64,000 nt of DNA from Octopus bimaculoides (taxonomy: Eukaryota): contig NC_068981.1 in the NCBI RefSeq assembly GCF_001194135.2, positions 161,314,386-161,378,385 of the forward strand, read 5' to 3'. Positions 49,086 through 63,235 of the stretch are shown here, piece by piece. A program made the position numbers and the translations under genes. Positions within the stretch are counted from its first letter, which is position 1, and every line of letters starts with the position of its first letter. Below the pieces are notes generated by a model. That model was not told the DNA's origin, ran no database searches, and saw nothing but the letters and a program-made list of their open reading frames with translations.

Positions 49086-52000
49086 TAGTATGATGTACTG
49101 TCTGTTCTTTATCCACCAAGTCATCTTCGAAGTCACTGCTGTATTAGTTAGAAATAGTAACCAAATTTCTATTGGAATCTGTAGTCCTAGATAGTCAGAA
49201 AACAGGAATGAGTGATGATCACAGTTTGAACACCTATAATTTTAGAATTTCTCATTCAGAGTTACCCTTAGACACAAACTAGGTCACATTTTTTGTTAGG
49301 TCATAACACAAAACAGTAAGTGTTTTGAAGGTCTGAGTAGCCTAGTAAGTAGTTTTAGAGTAGCAAATTAAAATCACAAACTAATTTTTATTCTCAAGCT
49401 AAAAAAAAAAAAACAAAAAACAAAAAAACTAGATGTTTTTATCTTATTTTATATTCATCAGTTTTCATGATAATGAGAAAGGTAGCAGTTTTATCGGCAT
49501 AAACAAAGTACTGTTCATAAAGATAAGTGGATTTAGTTTACACATACACACATATATACACCAAAATTTAAATTCATACAGAAGGTTTTAAGTTTATAGG
49601 TAATAAATGAAATATTGCAATGTTTATTTGTCCCCTTGAAGTATGAATGAAATGGCTACAATTGGGAATTACACAATGGTGACCTAACTTCATCATTTGT
49701 GTGTATCTATATATATATATGTATAAAATGAGCAGAAAACTGGTATGATATTCAAAGCTTTATAGGACATACACGTGTTTCAACAACATGCCAAAATAAT
49801 TACATAGCGTTATGCAACTTGTATTGCACCTCATCAATGTCTCACCATACTTGGCTTGCATTTTCCACTCTAGCCTATCTTGAGTCTCGTGCCCCACATC
49901 ATACTACACTGGATACTGGAGTGGAGTACAGAACTCAATGAAGAGTTCAATTTTAGCTGCATGTTTTTTGGATATATGTGTGTGTGTGTGTATATTGTTT
50001 GGGGGNNNNNNNNNNNNNNNNNNNATAATGAGCTGTTGCATTATCTTTAGGATACCAATGTAGTGATTTACAGGACTGTACACTGTAATAGCTTTAATCT
50101 CCAGATCAATGGTGTGATTTGAGCTTAACAGTGAAAGCTAATGAAATATTTGTCAACAATACATTAAGCGTCTGCAAAGAAAAGAGACCTCTACCCTAAT
50201 TCACCTCCACATGGTAGCTACAACATATTTATAACTTGGGCCAGTGCCCCCAACATGGCCACAGTCTAATGACTGAAATATGTTAAAGATACAAGAAATG
50301 ACCAATGACATCTATGAATCAATAAATCCTTTGATCAGTAATCCAAACACTTTTTCTCTTTCAGCCCTCTTTCTACCACAAACAATGCCCCATTGGAATT
50401 CCCTTACCAGCCATGTTTTTTTCCTAATGAAGCCAACTGAAAGATATTCCAGTGATTGCAATAAATAGTGTAGAGGATAGTGCATATACAGTTAATAGAC
50501 AGGCCATTTAACAAGGGATGTATAAAATATCTTAATTAGAAAGTAAATAAAAAAAAAAAAAGAAGAAAGCTACCCACTTTACAAATCTCAATTGTAGAGG
50601 AATTGCTTTAAGCTGATAACAAACTTAAGCCAGTTTCTTCCTAATTGTTCTTAATATGTTTTTTCCACTTAAACAGTGATTCATTTATTATCAGATAAAA
50701 GCGGGCATGGACAGATAATCTGACAAATTAGCAGAGTTCTGTTTACCAAAAAATATTAAATTCCTTTTAACATGCATCAGAGTGAGTCAGTAGTGGAAAC
50801 CAATTTTTTACATAAAGTGACAGGCTCTTCTGCAGTTAATTTAAGAATGACTAACTTTAACTACAAGGTCAAACACAGAGTTGAAAGATAGTACATGTGC
50901 ACGAGTGCAGGTTTTATAAAGATGATTAATTTACATTGCTCAACTGAAATCTACTAAAGAATTATAAGAGTTCTACTATAAATTTTACAATTAAAAGTTC
51001 TAAGGATAAGAATTTTATTAACCTCATATATACATACATTCTTTTCACATTAACAACATTCATGCAAACTTCCCCCCCCCCCCNNNNNNNNNNNNNCCCC
51101 CCTCCCACTTAATTTCAATCAGTGGAGTGTGGTGACTTCACAGAGAGATTGCCTTCACCCCAGCATTTGATGAATACTTATACTAATACCAAAAATCAAA
51201 GTTGACTTAAACAGGATTTGAACTCAGAATGTAAAGGGACAAAACTAAATATTGCAAGATATTTAATCCAGCACTAAGCCAATCCTGCAATTTTCTGATC
51301 TTACATTTCAGCTCTTAACATTCAGTATAGCATAAATCTGCCCGACAGCAGGTGTCAGCCAGTCCTATACAACCTGAAATCATGTGAATCAAAACACTAT
51401 TGGGGGTTTATATTTGTTTTAAAGCCAGTTACCAACTTTCTAATCTAAGGAAGAAAACTCTTCCTCTTCTACCACTTATTTACATTCTGTAACATTCACT
51501 ATTAATATTAATTTGCATTTTGGATTGTTCCAATATATTCAAGAAATTTTTTTAAAATCAAAACCTTGGGACATTACTCCTGAGAGGAGTAAATAACAGC
51601 TTATCTGGAAATTTCATAATGCAAAAGGTGCCAAAAAAAAGGTGTTTGCTTGTCTATGTCTGTTATTAATTACGATTGGTTGCTAACATCTCTTTCCATA
51701 GACATTTTTTGAGCATTTTTCATACTAGATATACTCTAAAGTATACAGTTTGGTTCTTTATCTTCTGTGCTATTCTAATTTGCTTCAACTTGATTAGTGT
51801 GAAGTAATACAATAAAAGGAAGCAGTTCCTTTAGCCTGAAATAAAAAAAAATCTCAATAGAAAGGACACTAGTCTCACAAACAATGACACAATAGAGAGT
51901 ACAATTTACAGGGCAATGTTTTAGGGAAAGAGTTAAACAGAAATTCATAGTCCTTTGGAGAGTTCAACCTGTTAGTGAGTGAAAGTTACAAGCTATTCTA

Positions 52001-54029
52001 ACTGGATTTCGCTGCCAGAGATTCAGGATGAGGCCTGTCTTACCTGGAGTTAGCAAATGATGGTGACTTGTATATTACAGGTAACTTTCTCAGGTAGGAA
52101 CTGTACTTATTCTTTGACAGCTAGGTCAAGTAAAGCCAAAAGAACCACGCCTTGCTCAAAACCCATCACAAAATGACTAGTTGGCAATGAACTGTCAACC
52201 AAAGACATTCATGCAATTGTTTAGCCTCTCAGGTCTGTCTTTATAGAGTAGACCTTATTGACCAAACAAAAAGTGGCTGCTGTTACTAGTAAGTTGAATG
52301 ATCTCATAGAAGCATTTTAGAAGAGGTAGTTGAGTAGTAGTAGCTGAGCTACTTGATGATAATAATGTATTAAATTTTGACAAAAAACATGCTGGTATTC
52401 AATATTTCAGTTGACAGAGAGTAAAATGTTAGCAAAATTATATTGCACCCATTTTACTATCCAGCTTTGATAACTCGATTATTAGTCTGACTGTAGAAGA
52501 AATAGGCATAACAAATTTAGTTAAGTGCTATGGATTGGCAGAAACATTAAGGTATTAAATAAACTATAAAAAATAAGGAAGCTACTGTATTTTTCCTTCT
52601 TTCCACTACAAATAATGATTAGTTAGGCAATGGGTTAGTCACTGACTCTGTTGAACGATGACCACAATCAAAGCTTTGGACTCACAACTGCAAGCCAACT
52701 TGCTAAATATACAGTGCTTATTCAGTCCAGGATTGTACCAACTCATGGTACCTATTTTCAGCTAATGGGGCTCTGAGCTAAAAAGAATTTTCCATATGAA
52801 GAACAATACCAATATTCAACAAAACCCAGAAGAAGAAAACTATTTCTAGGTGCAATCCTATGGTCATTCATGACCGAAGGGAGTCTTTACCCTTTTATCC
52901 ACAAGCATACATACACAGACACATAAGGACATATACACATACAAACCCGAACCCAAAGAAATCAAGGATAATTTTCAAACTACTATTTATATTCTTATAA
53001 CAGGAATGTTTAGTATGAGAGAAAGTGCAATGCAGGCAATGCCCAGTTCAAAACCATCATCTGGCACCTTGGGTGCTTTTAGCAGCATCCACTTTGTAGA
53101 AAGGTGTGGGGATACCTTCTTCTCTTCCAACCAGTCTCAGAAGCCTTATAAAGGGTCATGGGCATCACCTTTTCTCCTGACTGTATGATTAAAAAAAAGA
53201 AAAAAAAAACTTGAAAGAGAAAGAAGAAACAAATATATAAATGAAAGCTACCTCTGCAAGGAGACTCAGCTGACTAGAAGTAGCAACTAAACCTACCCCT
53301 CAAAATATGTTATCAACTAAAAAAAAAAAAGTCACATTACATCATATAGTCTTAGATATACTATGCCTGGAAATTAAAAAAAAAAAAGTGGAATAGTCGT
53401 GACTAGACTGTTTAAAATCACAGGCCTGCCCAAAGGCTAAACACCACCACCAGACTAAGCTATGTTACTGATGCTATTTTCATTGACAATCCAGCAACAC
53501 TTTAACTGCATCAATATGTCAGTAGTAACAACAGAAATTTTTAGCTAATGACTCAGCTGACATGACAAGCAATGCAAATATCAGATTGAATCAACAATTC
53601 AGGTTCTAGCCTAAATTGGCCACAAAAGTGGCTGTTGAAAGACCAGACAGACAAACCTCTCAGATGTCAGTAGGCTTTATTTCATTATTAAACTGCTTTA
53701 GCATATTTTCACTTCTTTTGCATAAATCTTAGATAATTGGAATCTCTTCTCATATTGATCTGGAATTATACACCCACATCTTCTCCATCAACGTCAGTCA
53801 TCTTTCAACACCTGTTTTAAATTGTGTCATGGGTTGAATAGGTTTGCAGTTCATTGCATCACCTTACTATTGTATTTTGTCTCCAAGTGTCAATTATAAA
53901 TAAATAAATCAAATTAAAAAAAAACCTGTTTAATCTCAAGTCAGCTCTAATCAAGTAGATCTATGACCAAAGGCATTCTAACTGTGACCTTGCAAGCCTC
54001 CCTCCTTTGGTGCATGATTTGAAGGAGAT

Positions 54030-54150
54030 TTGTCGCACACATATGGTTGTGATACATATGGCTGGTGTACACTTATCAGATGGGTATATTGGGCTTTATA
54101 TATTTGTACCCTAGTGTCACTTTGATGGCATACATTGCTGTCTCAATAAT
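54030..54150 (+). mobile_element. 3' fragment of the (AAT)n-tailed element seen at 57455-57892
   Basis: catatggttgtga...cttatcagatgggta...ccctagtgtcactttgatggcat...ctcaataat. Confidence 0.7.
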
Positions 54151-54164
54151 AATAAAAATAATGA

Positions 54165-54372
54165 TTTCAAATTTTGGCACAAGGCCAGCAATTTAAAGGG
54201 AGGGATAAATTAATTACATTGAGCCCAGTGTTCAACTGGTACATATTTTATCGACTCTGAAAGGATGACAGGCATAATCAACCTTGGTGGAATCTGAGTT
54301 CAGAATGTGAAGATGGACAAAATGCTACTAAGCATTTTACCCAGCATGCTACTGATTCTGCCAGCTCACCAC
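54165..54372 (-). mobile_element. SINE family A
   Basis: tttcaaattttggcacaaggccagc ... ctgccagctcaccacctt. Confidence 0.8.
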
Positions 54373-56099
54373 CTTAATAATAATAATGATGATGGTGGTG
54401 ATGTGTCAGTCGCTCATGTTAATTTTGATGGGAGTGATCACCATCATCATCATTATTTCACATTTCTGGTAATATTTCAATATTTTTATATTTTACTTTT
54501 GTAACTGCTGCCAACTAAATTGTATGAGGCAAAATTCATACAAAATGTCTTTTTATCCTCAACCCCCACCTCTCTCTCTCTCTCTCTAAACCCAGAAGAA
54601 ATATTTACTTTAAAGATTTGTCTCATAAAAAATTTTTTTTCACAAACAAGGAATAAAAATAATGCTTCCACTAAGTTTAACAGAAAGCCAAAGTGTTATA
54701 TATTCCTTGAAATCTGTGACTAGCTAATGCTACTGACTTGAATGTTGTCTTACAAATTCTACTTTTGAAAAAAAAGACGGAGGAAAAACATTTTCAGAGA
54801 TTTTTTCCAAATGTGCGTATATGTATTTTAAAACTACCTCTATTGTATAGATGGCCTATTTCATAGTTAAAATAATGGCATACAGCACTGACAATAGAAG
54901 ATAGAGAACATGTAAGTGAATATGTTAAATATTCCTATGTCAAAGTTATGAAGATTTTGCTATTATACTTTTGGCATTATTTATGTAAACTGGTTGTCAA
55001 TTTCCGGTAATCTCAGAGAATGATATCAAGAATGAGCAGTAGACTTCCAATACAAGTATTTTTATCAAAAGTCACAGATGCACACACATGCAATCTATGT
55101 AAATGTAGCAGAGTTAATTAACTTCAAATACACTGCAGTTTGAATTAAAATAGGGAAGCAATGCAACATATGAACAGTAAAGAGAAAAGAAGGGAGGGAA
55201 GAGAGGAGAAGAGAAACAGAGATAGAGAAATAGATAACACGGCAGTATATCAAGTTACCAAAACCAATTTGAAGATAAAGTCTAATGATAGCTTAATATA
55301 AAAATATTCCCAGTATATAAAATCCTACTGTCCTTTATTTTCTATTCATGATCACAGATGAATAAAGTCAATAGATTAAATATCTAAAAAGAAAGGAATA
55401 TGTTGTCATTATTATCTACATCATCATTATGATTGATGGAATCGCAGAAATAGTACAAAATTGAACTAAAGCATTACAATACTTAGTTTTTTTTTCTTCC
55501 TACTACCTACACTCTGTTTTTAGTTGAAATACTGATTAGATTGACTTTTCATTTCAAATTTTCCAGGATCATAGAAATGTGTAGTCTTGTGCCATGGTAA
55601 TTAATTATGATGCTTTATACACTCCAAATGTAAATTTTATTGATGTCAAATCCAGGACTGATACCAGTCATGTATTTGTGTCAATTTAATCAACTATGCC
55701 CACTTGTGAAATCTTTACCCTTGCGCCTCGACTAGAAACCACAACTATGTACTTACCAGAGGATTTTGGCCCATATGGGACTAGATTCTGTGCTATTCTT
55801 CATTTGTATAAGATGATAATCTACTACCTGTTTATTATACTAAAACATCTTTGAACAGGTTAGTTGTTCTGTTATATCATATCAAAACCAAAGATTCTGA
55901 TATATGAATTATATGAATTACATTCAACCAGCTAACAAACGAAATTTATTTATAAATTGAATTGATAATTTATTAATTTATCAAGCACTATATTATTTTA
56001 CTTGCCAAGTTCCACTTCAATGGAATGTTTTCAGGTACCATTCCTAACATTAATTGGCACATGCCAGAAATTTTGGAGAACAGGAAGGAATGATTACAG

Positions 56100-57200
56100 T
56101 GATTTCAAATTTTGGCACAAGGCCAACAATTTTGGGAGAGGGGTAAGTTGATTACATCAACCCAAGTGTTTAACTGGTACTTATTTTATCAACCTTGAAA
56201 GGATGAACGGCAAAGTCAATCTTGGCGGAAACAGGAAGGAATAATTATATTGATATTAGTACTTGACTGATATTTTATTTCATTAAACATGAAGAAAAGC
56301 ACCCGTGCCAGTACTGCGTAAAAGCACCCAATACAATCTATACAGTGGTTGGCATTAGAAAGGGTATCCCGCCATAGAGACCATGCCAAAACAGACATGG
56401 AGCTTGAACAGCCCTTCAGCTGGTCAGCTCCTGTCAAACCGTCCAACCCATACCAGCATAGAAAATGGAGATTAAATGATGATGATAGTGATGAGGGATG
56501 AAAGGCAAAATTTACTTCAGTGAGTTGGAACTAATACTACAAAACATTTCACCTGAAGCTCTTGTGATTCTGCTAATTCACTGCCCCTAATTCTAAACAG
56601 AGGTTTAACGCTAAAATTAGGAAGAGGGCAGTCAATTACATCAACCCCAGTACTTGATAGGTATTTCATTTTCTTGATTTCAAAGGGATGAAAGGCAAAG
56701 TCTGAACTCAACAGAATTTGAATTCAGGATGTAAACAGTTGGAACAAGTACAAGACAGTCTGGCAGACAGCCACACCTTTTGAAGAATGAGTACAGCTGA
56801 TTATATCAAATTCAGTGCTTTACTAATACATATTTTATTAACTCTAGAAAGATGAAAGGTAAAGCTGACCCGAGTGGGGACTGAACTCTGAATGCAATAC
56901 TATATACTACAAGGCATTTTATCTAAGCCTCTACTCACTCTTCCATCCACCACTTACTCTTTTACTCTTTTACTTGTTTCAGTCTTTTGACTGTGGCCAT
57001 GCTGGAGCACCGCCTTTTAGTCGAGCAAATCGACCCCAGGACTTGGTAATAAATACCATAGAGACAAAACCACCAATATTTTTCTGTACATGTCTATGTG
57101 GGGAATTGTTGATTACATTAACTGGTATTTATTTTATCTACTCCAGAAGAAGAAAAAGAAAAGACAAAATTAACCATAGCAGGATTTGAATTGAGAAGCA
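56100..57200. mobile_element. Cluster of nested/adjacent SINE A (-), RTE tail (+, about 56280-56490) and SINE B (-) fragments
   Basis: Repeated gatgaaaggcaaag, catcaaccccagt and gctggagcaccgcc motifs. Confidence 0.6.
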
Positions 57201-57454
57201 AAAGTAACGTACTTAAAAATTGCAGCCAATTTCTTCATATAATAGTAGGAGACTTTAGAAATACCCTACAATGTTGGTGTATAGCAAAAATTGGCATTAT
57301 TTGGAACTGCATGCATACTGTGTAAAGTACTGCCTGCCTGAGGTCCTTGTTGTGACTTGACAGACAGTATACTCAGTATCTTCATTCTACAATGTCACGA
57401 TATTGGATGCTGTGAGAGGTCTTCAACAACAACAACAACAACAATAATAATAAT

Positions 57455-57892
57455 AATAATAATAATATTTGCTTGTCAGTTGTTTGACCATAACCAGCTA
57501 AGCATGTCCTTTGGTAGCTGCTGATATGTACATCCCTGATCACGAGCAGAAGTCGGGGAGCATCATAGCCATGTGTTGAGAGGAATTCTTTGGAGTTTGA
57601 ATAATTCACCTCTGGAAACATGAGTGTTTCGTTCAACATCCTTAAACAATCTTTATTGAAGGACCGTTTGAGCAGGATGGGCTACTTGACCTGAAAAAAA
57701 TTTTAACTGCCCCCCCCCCACCTGCAAGGTTATGCACTGTTTATCTTGATACGAGATCACCATGTTGCACACACATGGTTGTGATGCATGTGCCTGGTGT
57801 ACCCTTATCAGATGGGTAGTCATGATAGGTGCACTGGGCTTTGTATATTTTACCCCAGTGTCACTTTGATGGCATGCACTGCTCTCTCACTC
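57455..57892 (+). mobile_element. Retroelement 3' end flanked by (AAT)n on both sides
   Basis: (caa)n(aat)n on the left and (aat)n on the right; second partial copy at 54030-54150. Clade not assigned. Confidence 0.55.
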
Positions 57893-57904
57893 AATAATAA
57901 TAAT

Positions 57905-58308
57905 AATAATGGTTTCAAATTTTGGTAGAAGGCCAACAGTTTTAGAGAGTAAGTGTTAGTAAATTACATTGATCCAAGTGCTTAACTGGTATTCATTTTA
58001 TCAATCTGAAAAGGATAGACAGCAAAGTCAACCTTGGTGGAATTTGAACTCAGAATGTGAAGAGCCTGAAGAAGTAATAATAACAATTTTTTCTACTAAA
58101 GGCACAAAACCAGAAATTTTTAAGGGAGGGGGTAAATTGATTACATCGACTCCAGTGGTTATCTGGTACTTAATTTGTCAACCCAAAAAGGATGAAAGGC
58201 AAAGCTGACCTCAGCAGGATTTAAGCTCAGAATGTAAAGAGTCAGAAAAAATGCCACCAAGCATTTCTTTTTCTGGTGTGCAAATGATTCTGCCAGCTCA
58301 CTGCCTTA
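57905..58308 (-). mobile_element. Two head-to-tail SINE family A copies
   Basis: About 57905-58065 and 58075-58308, separated by an (aat)n tail. Confidence 0.75.
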
Positions 58309-59092
58309 ATGACGGTCACTCCTGTCGAATAGGACATATAAGTGTTTGAAGGAAAGAAAAGAATTTAAAAAAAAAATAGATTAAAAAGTAATAGAAGCTG
58401 CATCTATTTTCGATGGATGCCTGAATGTAATTTGAGTTCAGGTATGGAGTTTGCTATGAAGTTACAATGAGGACAATGATGATTTTAATTTTACCCCAGA
58501 ACAGGAAAAATGTGCCTGTTGATTACAGGATATAATTCTTTTATTGTTCTGTTTCTTCAACTCAAATTATTTAGATGCATGATGATGATGATGATAAATT
58601 TCTAACATAGGCACAATTCCACATTTTTAGTGGAGAGAGAGGTATAATCAGTCATAAGTCAACAATTTTGCCATACCATCCACTGAAAGCAAATGTATAT
58701 TTAACAATAATAATAATAAAATAATTAGCACCTATATTTTACTTAGTTATTATCTGATCTAACATATTGCCAGAATCAGTAAAGAGATAACGCAAAATAT
58801 GTAAATACTTCAGAAAAAGAAACATAACTAAAAGACATTAGCAGAGATACAAGCATTATTATTGATTCAAAATAGTATACCAGAAGCTATTTTCTGCTGT
58901 TTAATGCACTAATATAATCATATATTAAGCACAGTAATATTATTTTATAAGGAAATGGCTTATCTTTTTTTTTCACTTTCTCAAGTCCATATGTATTTTT
59001 CTTAGCAGTGTTTTTAAGTACAGTATGTATGTAAACAGAGTTTGACATAAGCCAATAAAACTTACTAGAAAGAGAAATAAATTTATATATAT

Positions 59093-59293
59093 NNNNNNNN
59101 NNNNNNNNNNNNNNNNNNNNNNNNNNNNNNNNNNNNNNNNNNNNNNNNNNNNNNNNNNNNNNNNNNNNNNNNNNNNNNNNNNNNNNNNNNNNNNNNNNNN
59201 NNNNNNNNNNNNNNNNNNNNNNNNNNNNNNNNNNNNNNNNNNNNNNNNNNNNNNNNNNNNNNNNNNNNNNNNNNNNNNNNNNNNNNNNNNNNN
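59093..59293. other. Assembly gap (201 N)
   Basis: Run of N. Confidence 1.
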
Positions 59294-59419
59294 TGTGTGT
59301 GTGTGTGTGTGTTTTTAAATCTAGTTAATTTAAACAGTTTAAATATAAGATTGGTGACATCTTTGTCATATCAGACCACTGACCAGCTATGGCAAAGTGA
59401 CATCTCTCACTAACATCAA

Positions 59420-60180
59420 ATAAAATCAAGAAAAGAAACCACCATATGACTGGTTTAAGCAGCAAAAGATGATGAACCCATTAGCTTTACACAATATCAA
59501 GCATCCTGCAGTGCTTCTTACAGATACAGCTTATGCTGATGACTTTTGGCCTTAATGTCTGAAAGTATTGCTAGTACTGTTTTTCACAGATTGGCTTACA
59601 TACAAAATGAAGTACATGATTTACAACAACGACGATAGGCACCTGTTAACAATGAATGAATAAGAGTTGGAAAAAGTAGATGATTTTTTTATATTTGGGC
59701 TCATGGGTTGATGCAAGTGAGGACATCAAGACTAGCATTGCTAAAGCATGGTCAGCTTTGTCAATGATGGATACCATATAGAAATCAAATCTAAAGAGAT
59801 CTTAATATTAGTTTATTTTGAGTGGCAATAAAACCTGAGTTCTTATACAGATACCCAACATAAACTCTACGGCACAAGAAAGAAAACTAGATAGAACATA
59901 CAAAAGACTTCTCAAACCTTCACTTAACATCAAATGGCAGTCCCACACAACAAACCAGGTTCTTTATAGTAATCTTCGATGATTTATCTCTACTATAATG
60001 GAAAGAACTCTGCTTTTGTAGCAAGGATGAAGTAGTGATGTAGGGACCAACACAAGGAAAGCAATCTAGTAGTCACCCTGCTAGGATATTTATTGACCAA
60101 CTGGTTGAAAACACGGGTCTACTGAAGAGTGATCCACCAAGAGTAATACAGGAGAGGGAATTCTAGAGATAAGTGGCTGA
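59420..60180 (+). mobile_element. Decayed RTE/RTE-X-like LINE reverse transcriptase
   Basis: TDTAYADD (59519-59542) ... LEKVDDF-YLGSWVDASEDIKTSIAKAWSAL ... RKLDRTYKRLL ... LNIKWQSHTTNQVLY; frameshifted. Confidence 0.75.
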
Positions 60181-60589
60181 TGGAAATTGTATATGGATGC
60201 AGGAATAAGTTGTCACAACAACTGCTTATGTGCAAATTATAAAATGAACCCTGGCATAATGTCAACGATGTCTCTTACTTTTGGTCAAGCTAGTTAACCA
60301 CACCACTTCCCTGCAATACTTCTGTATAATATAGAAACACAGAAAACAATCTCACAAAGTATTTCCTTGAAGTGCTCATGAACTGTCAGTAGCAATGGGT
60401 TCATTTAGAAAGTAGTAAGGTGGATATCTCCACAACATATTTTTGCCTTTGTAGTTTAATAGGAATAACAGCTAAATCTCCCCAAATTACATGCAGACTA
60501 CTATCTTAAAAAGAAAAAAATATCTCAAAAAACTCACTGGATAATGTAGTCCCAGATATATATAAGTGTTGGTTAACTAAATGCTGTTC

Positions 60590-60790
60590 CTACTATAGCT
60601 GTAGGTGGACCAATGCTTTTTGTGGGTGAATTTGGTAGGTGGAAACCGTGTGGAAGCCCATTGTGTGTATGTGTATATTGGTGTTTGTCTTCCCTAACAT
60701 TTGACAACCAGCAGTGGGTTGTTTATGTCCCTGTAACTTAGTGGTTTGGCAAAAGAGACCTGAGAGAATAAGTAGCAGCCAAATCAAGAC
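60590..60790 (+). mobile_element. SINE family B fragment
   Basis: ctactatagc...ttggtaggtggaaac...ctgtaacttagtggtttggcaaaagagacc. Confidence 0.65.
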
Positions 60791-61349
60791 TTGAATCACA
60801 ACCTACTCTTTAAAAATAAAAGGAATAAAGATAATGTAGTCCTAGATATCCCCTACCAAGGGGGATGGTGAAAGATGAAATATCTTTGCATATACAATAA
60901 CAACATCATTTACCAACAAGACAAATTCATTTTATACTGACATTAGCAAAGAGAACTGCAAGTAGTTAAAATGATATGACTTGCAAATAAAGCAGAAAGA
61001 GAGAGCCACATTGTCTAATAGATGACTGACTGCTGGTTAGTTGTATACATAATGTCATTGATTAAATACTCTTGCCAGTTGATGCCCTATGCCATGCTTA
61101 CTGGGCTTTCCCTACGTCTCTAGCCATGCGTGGCTGTGGACAGCATTGCTAATATATATGAAGAACTCTACTTAGCAGCCCTACTCAGGAGACATCATTA
61201 ACTCTGGAACAAGTGTTCCCACTATGTAAAGCCAATTTATAGATCCGAATAACATATATCAAAACCTTACAGCTTACACACTCCTTCACATATATTAAAA
61301 TAGACAGATAAGGTAGGGAGATGCACATGACATTTGCAAGTCAGCCTAA

Positions 61350-61740
61350 ACTGGTGAAATTGATGGAGTTGACGTTTAGCTTGAATATCTCTGGTCCAGC
61401 ATCTGTAATAAAATCATGAATGAGGAAGTGATTCCAGAGTTTTTCAGTTCTGGAGATAGAAGACTGTGTGAAGTCTGGAATGTGAGACTCGGTAAAAGTG
61501 ATAAAAGTAATGAGAAACAGTTTACATGCATACTTGTGTGGAGTGGGTATGCAACTAGTGAGTTCAGAGAAGCTGAGGTCATTATAGCAGCCACAGAGGA
61601 AGCAGAGAGAAGAAGTAATTCATCTGTAAGCTGATGACTGGAATATGTTGGTGAAGGAATCTTTGTTAATTAACTGATTGGCCTTGTTTTACATGAAATC
61701 TAGGATGTTTGTTTCTGGGTAGCTAGTAGCAGCAGAGTCT
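61350..61740 (-). mobile_element. Decayed CR1/L2-like LINE ORF2 C-terminus
   Basis: ILDFM*NKANQLIN...SELTSCIP...SSISRTEKLWNH...IFKLNVN, compared with the consensus-type LDRVQ.KA.RLI...SEL...SFFPRT..LWN.LP...FK..VN. Confidence 0.6.
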
Positions 61741-62279
61741 ATCAGATGTATGCAGTATTTCAATGTGGGTCTCTTTATATGTCAAGAATACCAGAGTTAC
61801 TGCATTAGACATTATCAATCCTTTCTCTTTTGGGTGGTTAAAAAATGACAATTACTGATTTCTTTTCCAGCTATAACATCTGTAAAAACCATTTTATATC
61901 ATTAAGAGCTGTTTGGCATGAGAGAAAAAAAAATAACAAACAAACAAACAAAACCTAGCAATAAGAAAAAGTAAATAACTAATTACAAATCCCTTTAACA
62001 TGTCTTAACTCCTCTGTAGCTATGTTTCTAACAAAATACACAACCCATATGTTTTAATTAATTATTTAAATAATTTAGAATATAGAAGTGTTAACAAATG
62101 TAGCTAGCTCCTCCATCATCAAAGTGTCACTTGAAACATAATGAAAGGTCTTTCTTAGAATTATGAATGAATGTGTGGATGTGTGGTAAGAAGCCTGCTT
62201 CGACATGATATTAAGTTCACTCCCATTGCATGGCATCTTGGGCAAGTGTGTTTAGCAGAGAAACTCAATATGCGTGTAT

Positions 62280-62346
<67 letters not shown>

Positions 62347-62349
<3 letters not shown>

Positions 62350-62581
62350 GGTGGCCCAAACTTAGTTTTACAGTTATTCAACTATCTCTTTCACATTCAT
62401 ATATTAACAGTTTAGATCTTAATTATAAAAAAAACATGAAACCATTATTCTATGCTAATTTAGTTAATTTTGTCAAGCTCCCTTTTCAGTTTGTAAGATA
62501 GAAATTTCAAGTTAAGAAAATGTTTTAAAAGAAATTTCAAGTGCCTATGTGATAACTGTAAACCTACTTTTGGGTCACCCT
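62347..62581. mobile_element. Tc1/mariner-type MITE
   Basis: About 29-bp TIRs agggtggcccaaacttagttttacagtta / taactgtaaacctacttttgggtcaccct; left end in (TA)n; right flank replaced by an RTE tail insertion. Confidence 0.7.
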
Positions 62582-63024
62582 CATCATCATTGTTTAACGT
62601 CTGCTTTCCATGCTGGGATGGGTTGGACGGTTTCACTGAGGAATGGTGAGCCAGAGGCTGCACCAGGCTCAATCTGTATATACATACATACATATATACT
62701 TATATGTTTGTTTCCATGTGCATATGTTACTGCCCCTTTGGCTTTGCATGATAGTTGTAAACAAGTGTCACTGTCAGGCAAGCAGTGTCCTTTGCTTCCA
62801 AATATTCTGTGGAATTCTGGCCATTGGGAAATATCATCTTACCTGGAAGCAAGTGAGGGTTCACAATTCCATCTGATGCACACAAGCATGGACGAGTGGA
62901 TGCTAAAATAATGATAGTGATGATGATTTAAATCTAAACACTTTCAGATGCATGCATTTTTTGGTACCCTAGTCTCCAGAGCCAGTTGCTATCAAAGGAA
63001 TTAAGGGACACTTTATGTTAATAT

Positions 63025-63235
63025 TAGTTTCAAATTTCGGCACAAGTCCAGCAATTTCAGATGATGGGGTAAGTCGATTATATTGACCCCATTACTCTTA
63101 ACTGGTACTTATTTTATCAACCTCAAAAGGATGAAAGGCAAAATCGATCTTAGTGGAATTTGAACTCAGAACATAAGGAGAGACTAACACAGCTAAGCAT
63201 TTTGTCCAGCATACTAACAATTCTGCCAGCTCACA
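63025..63235 (-). mobile_element. SINE family A
   Basis: tttcaaatttcggcacaagtccagc ... ttctgccagctcac. Confidence 0.8.

Noticed and set aside
53006-53188. 60-aa Ser-rich ORF as a possible UBE2E N-terminus
   Set aside because: Wrong strand, and the minus frames have stops and no SAKR motif; it looks like a repeat fragment.
55757-55827. Minus-strand AG...GTAAGT-bounded 71-nt candidate exon with ATG (also a donor-like site at 52044)
   Set aside because: Weak pyrimidine tract, and splicing to 38671 creates TG+A = stop. The 52044 frame has no UBE2E similarity. They cannot be excluded as UTR exons but are unsupported.
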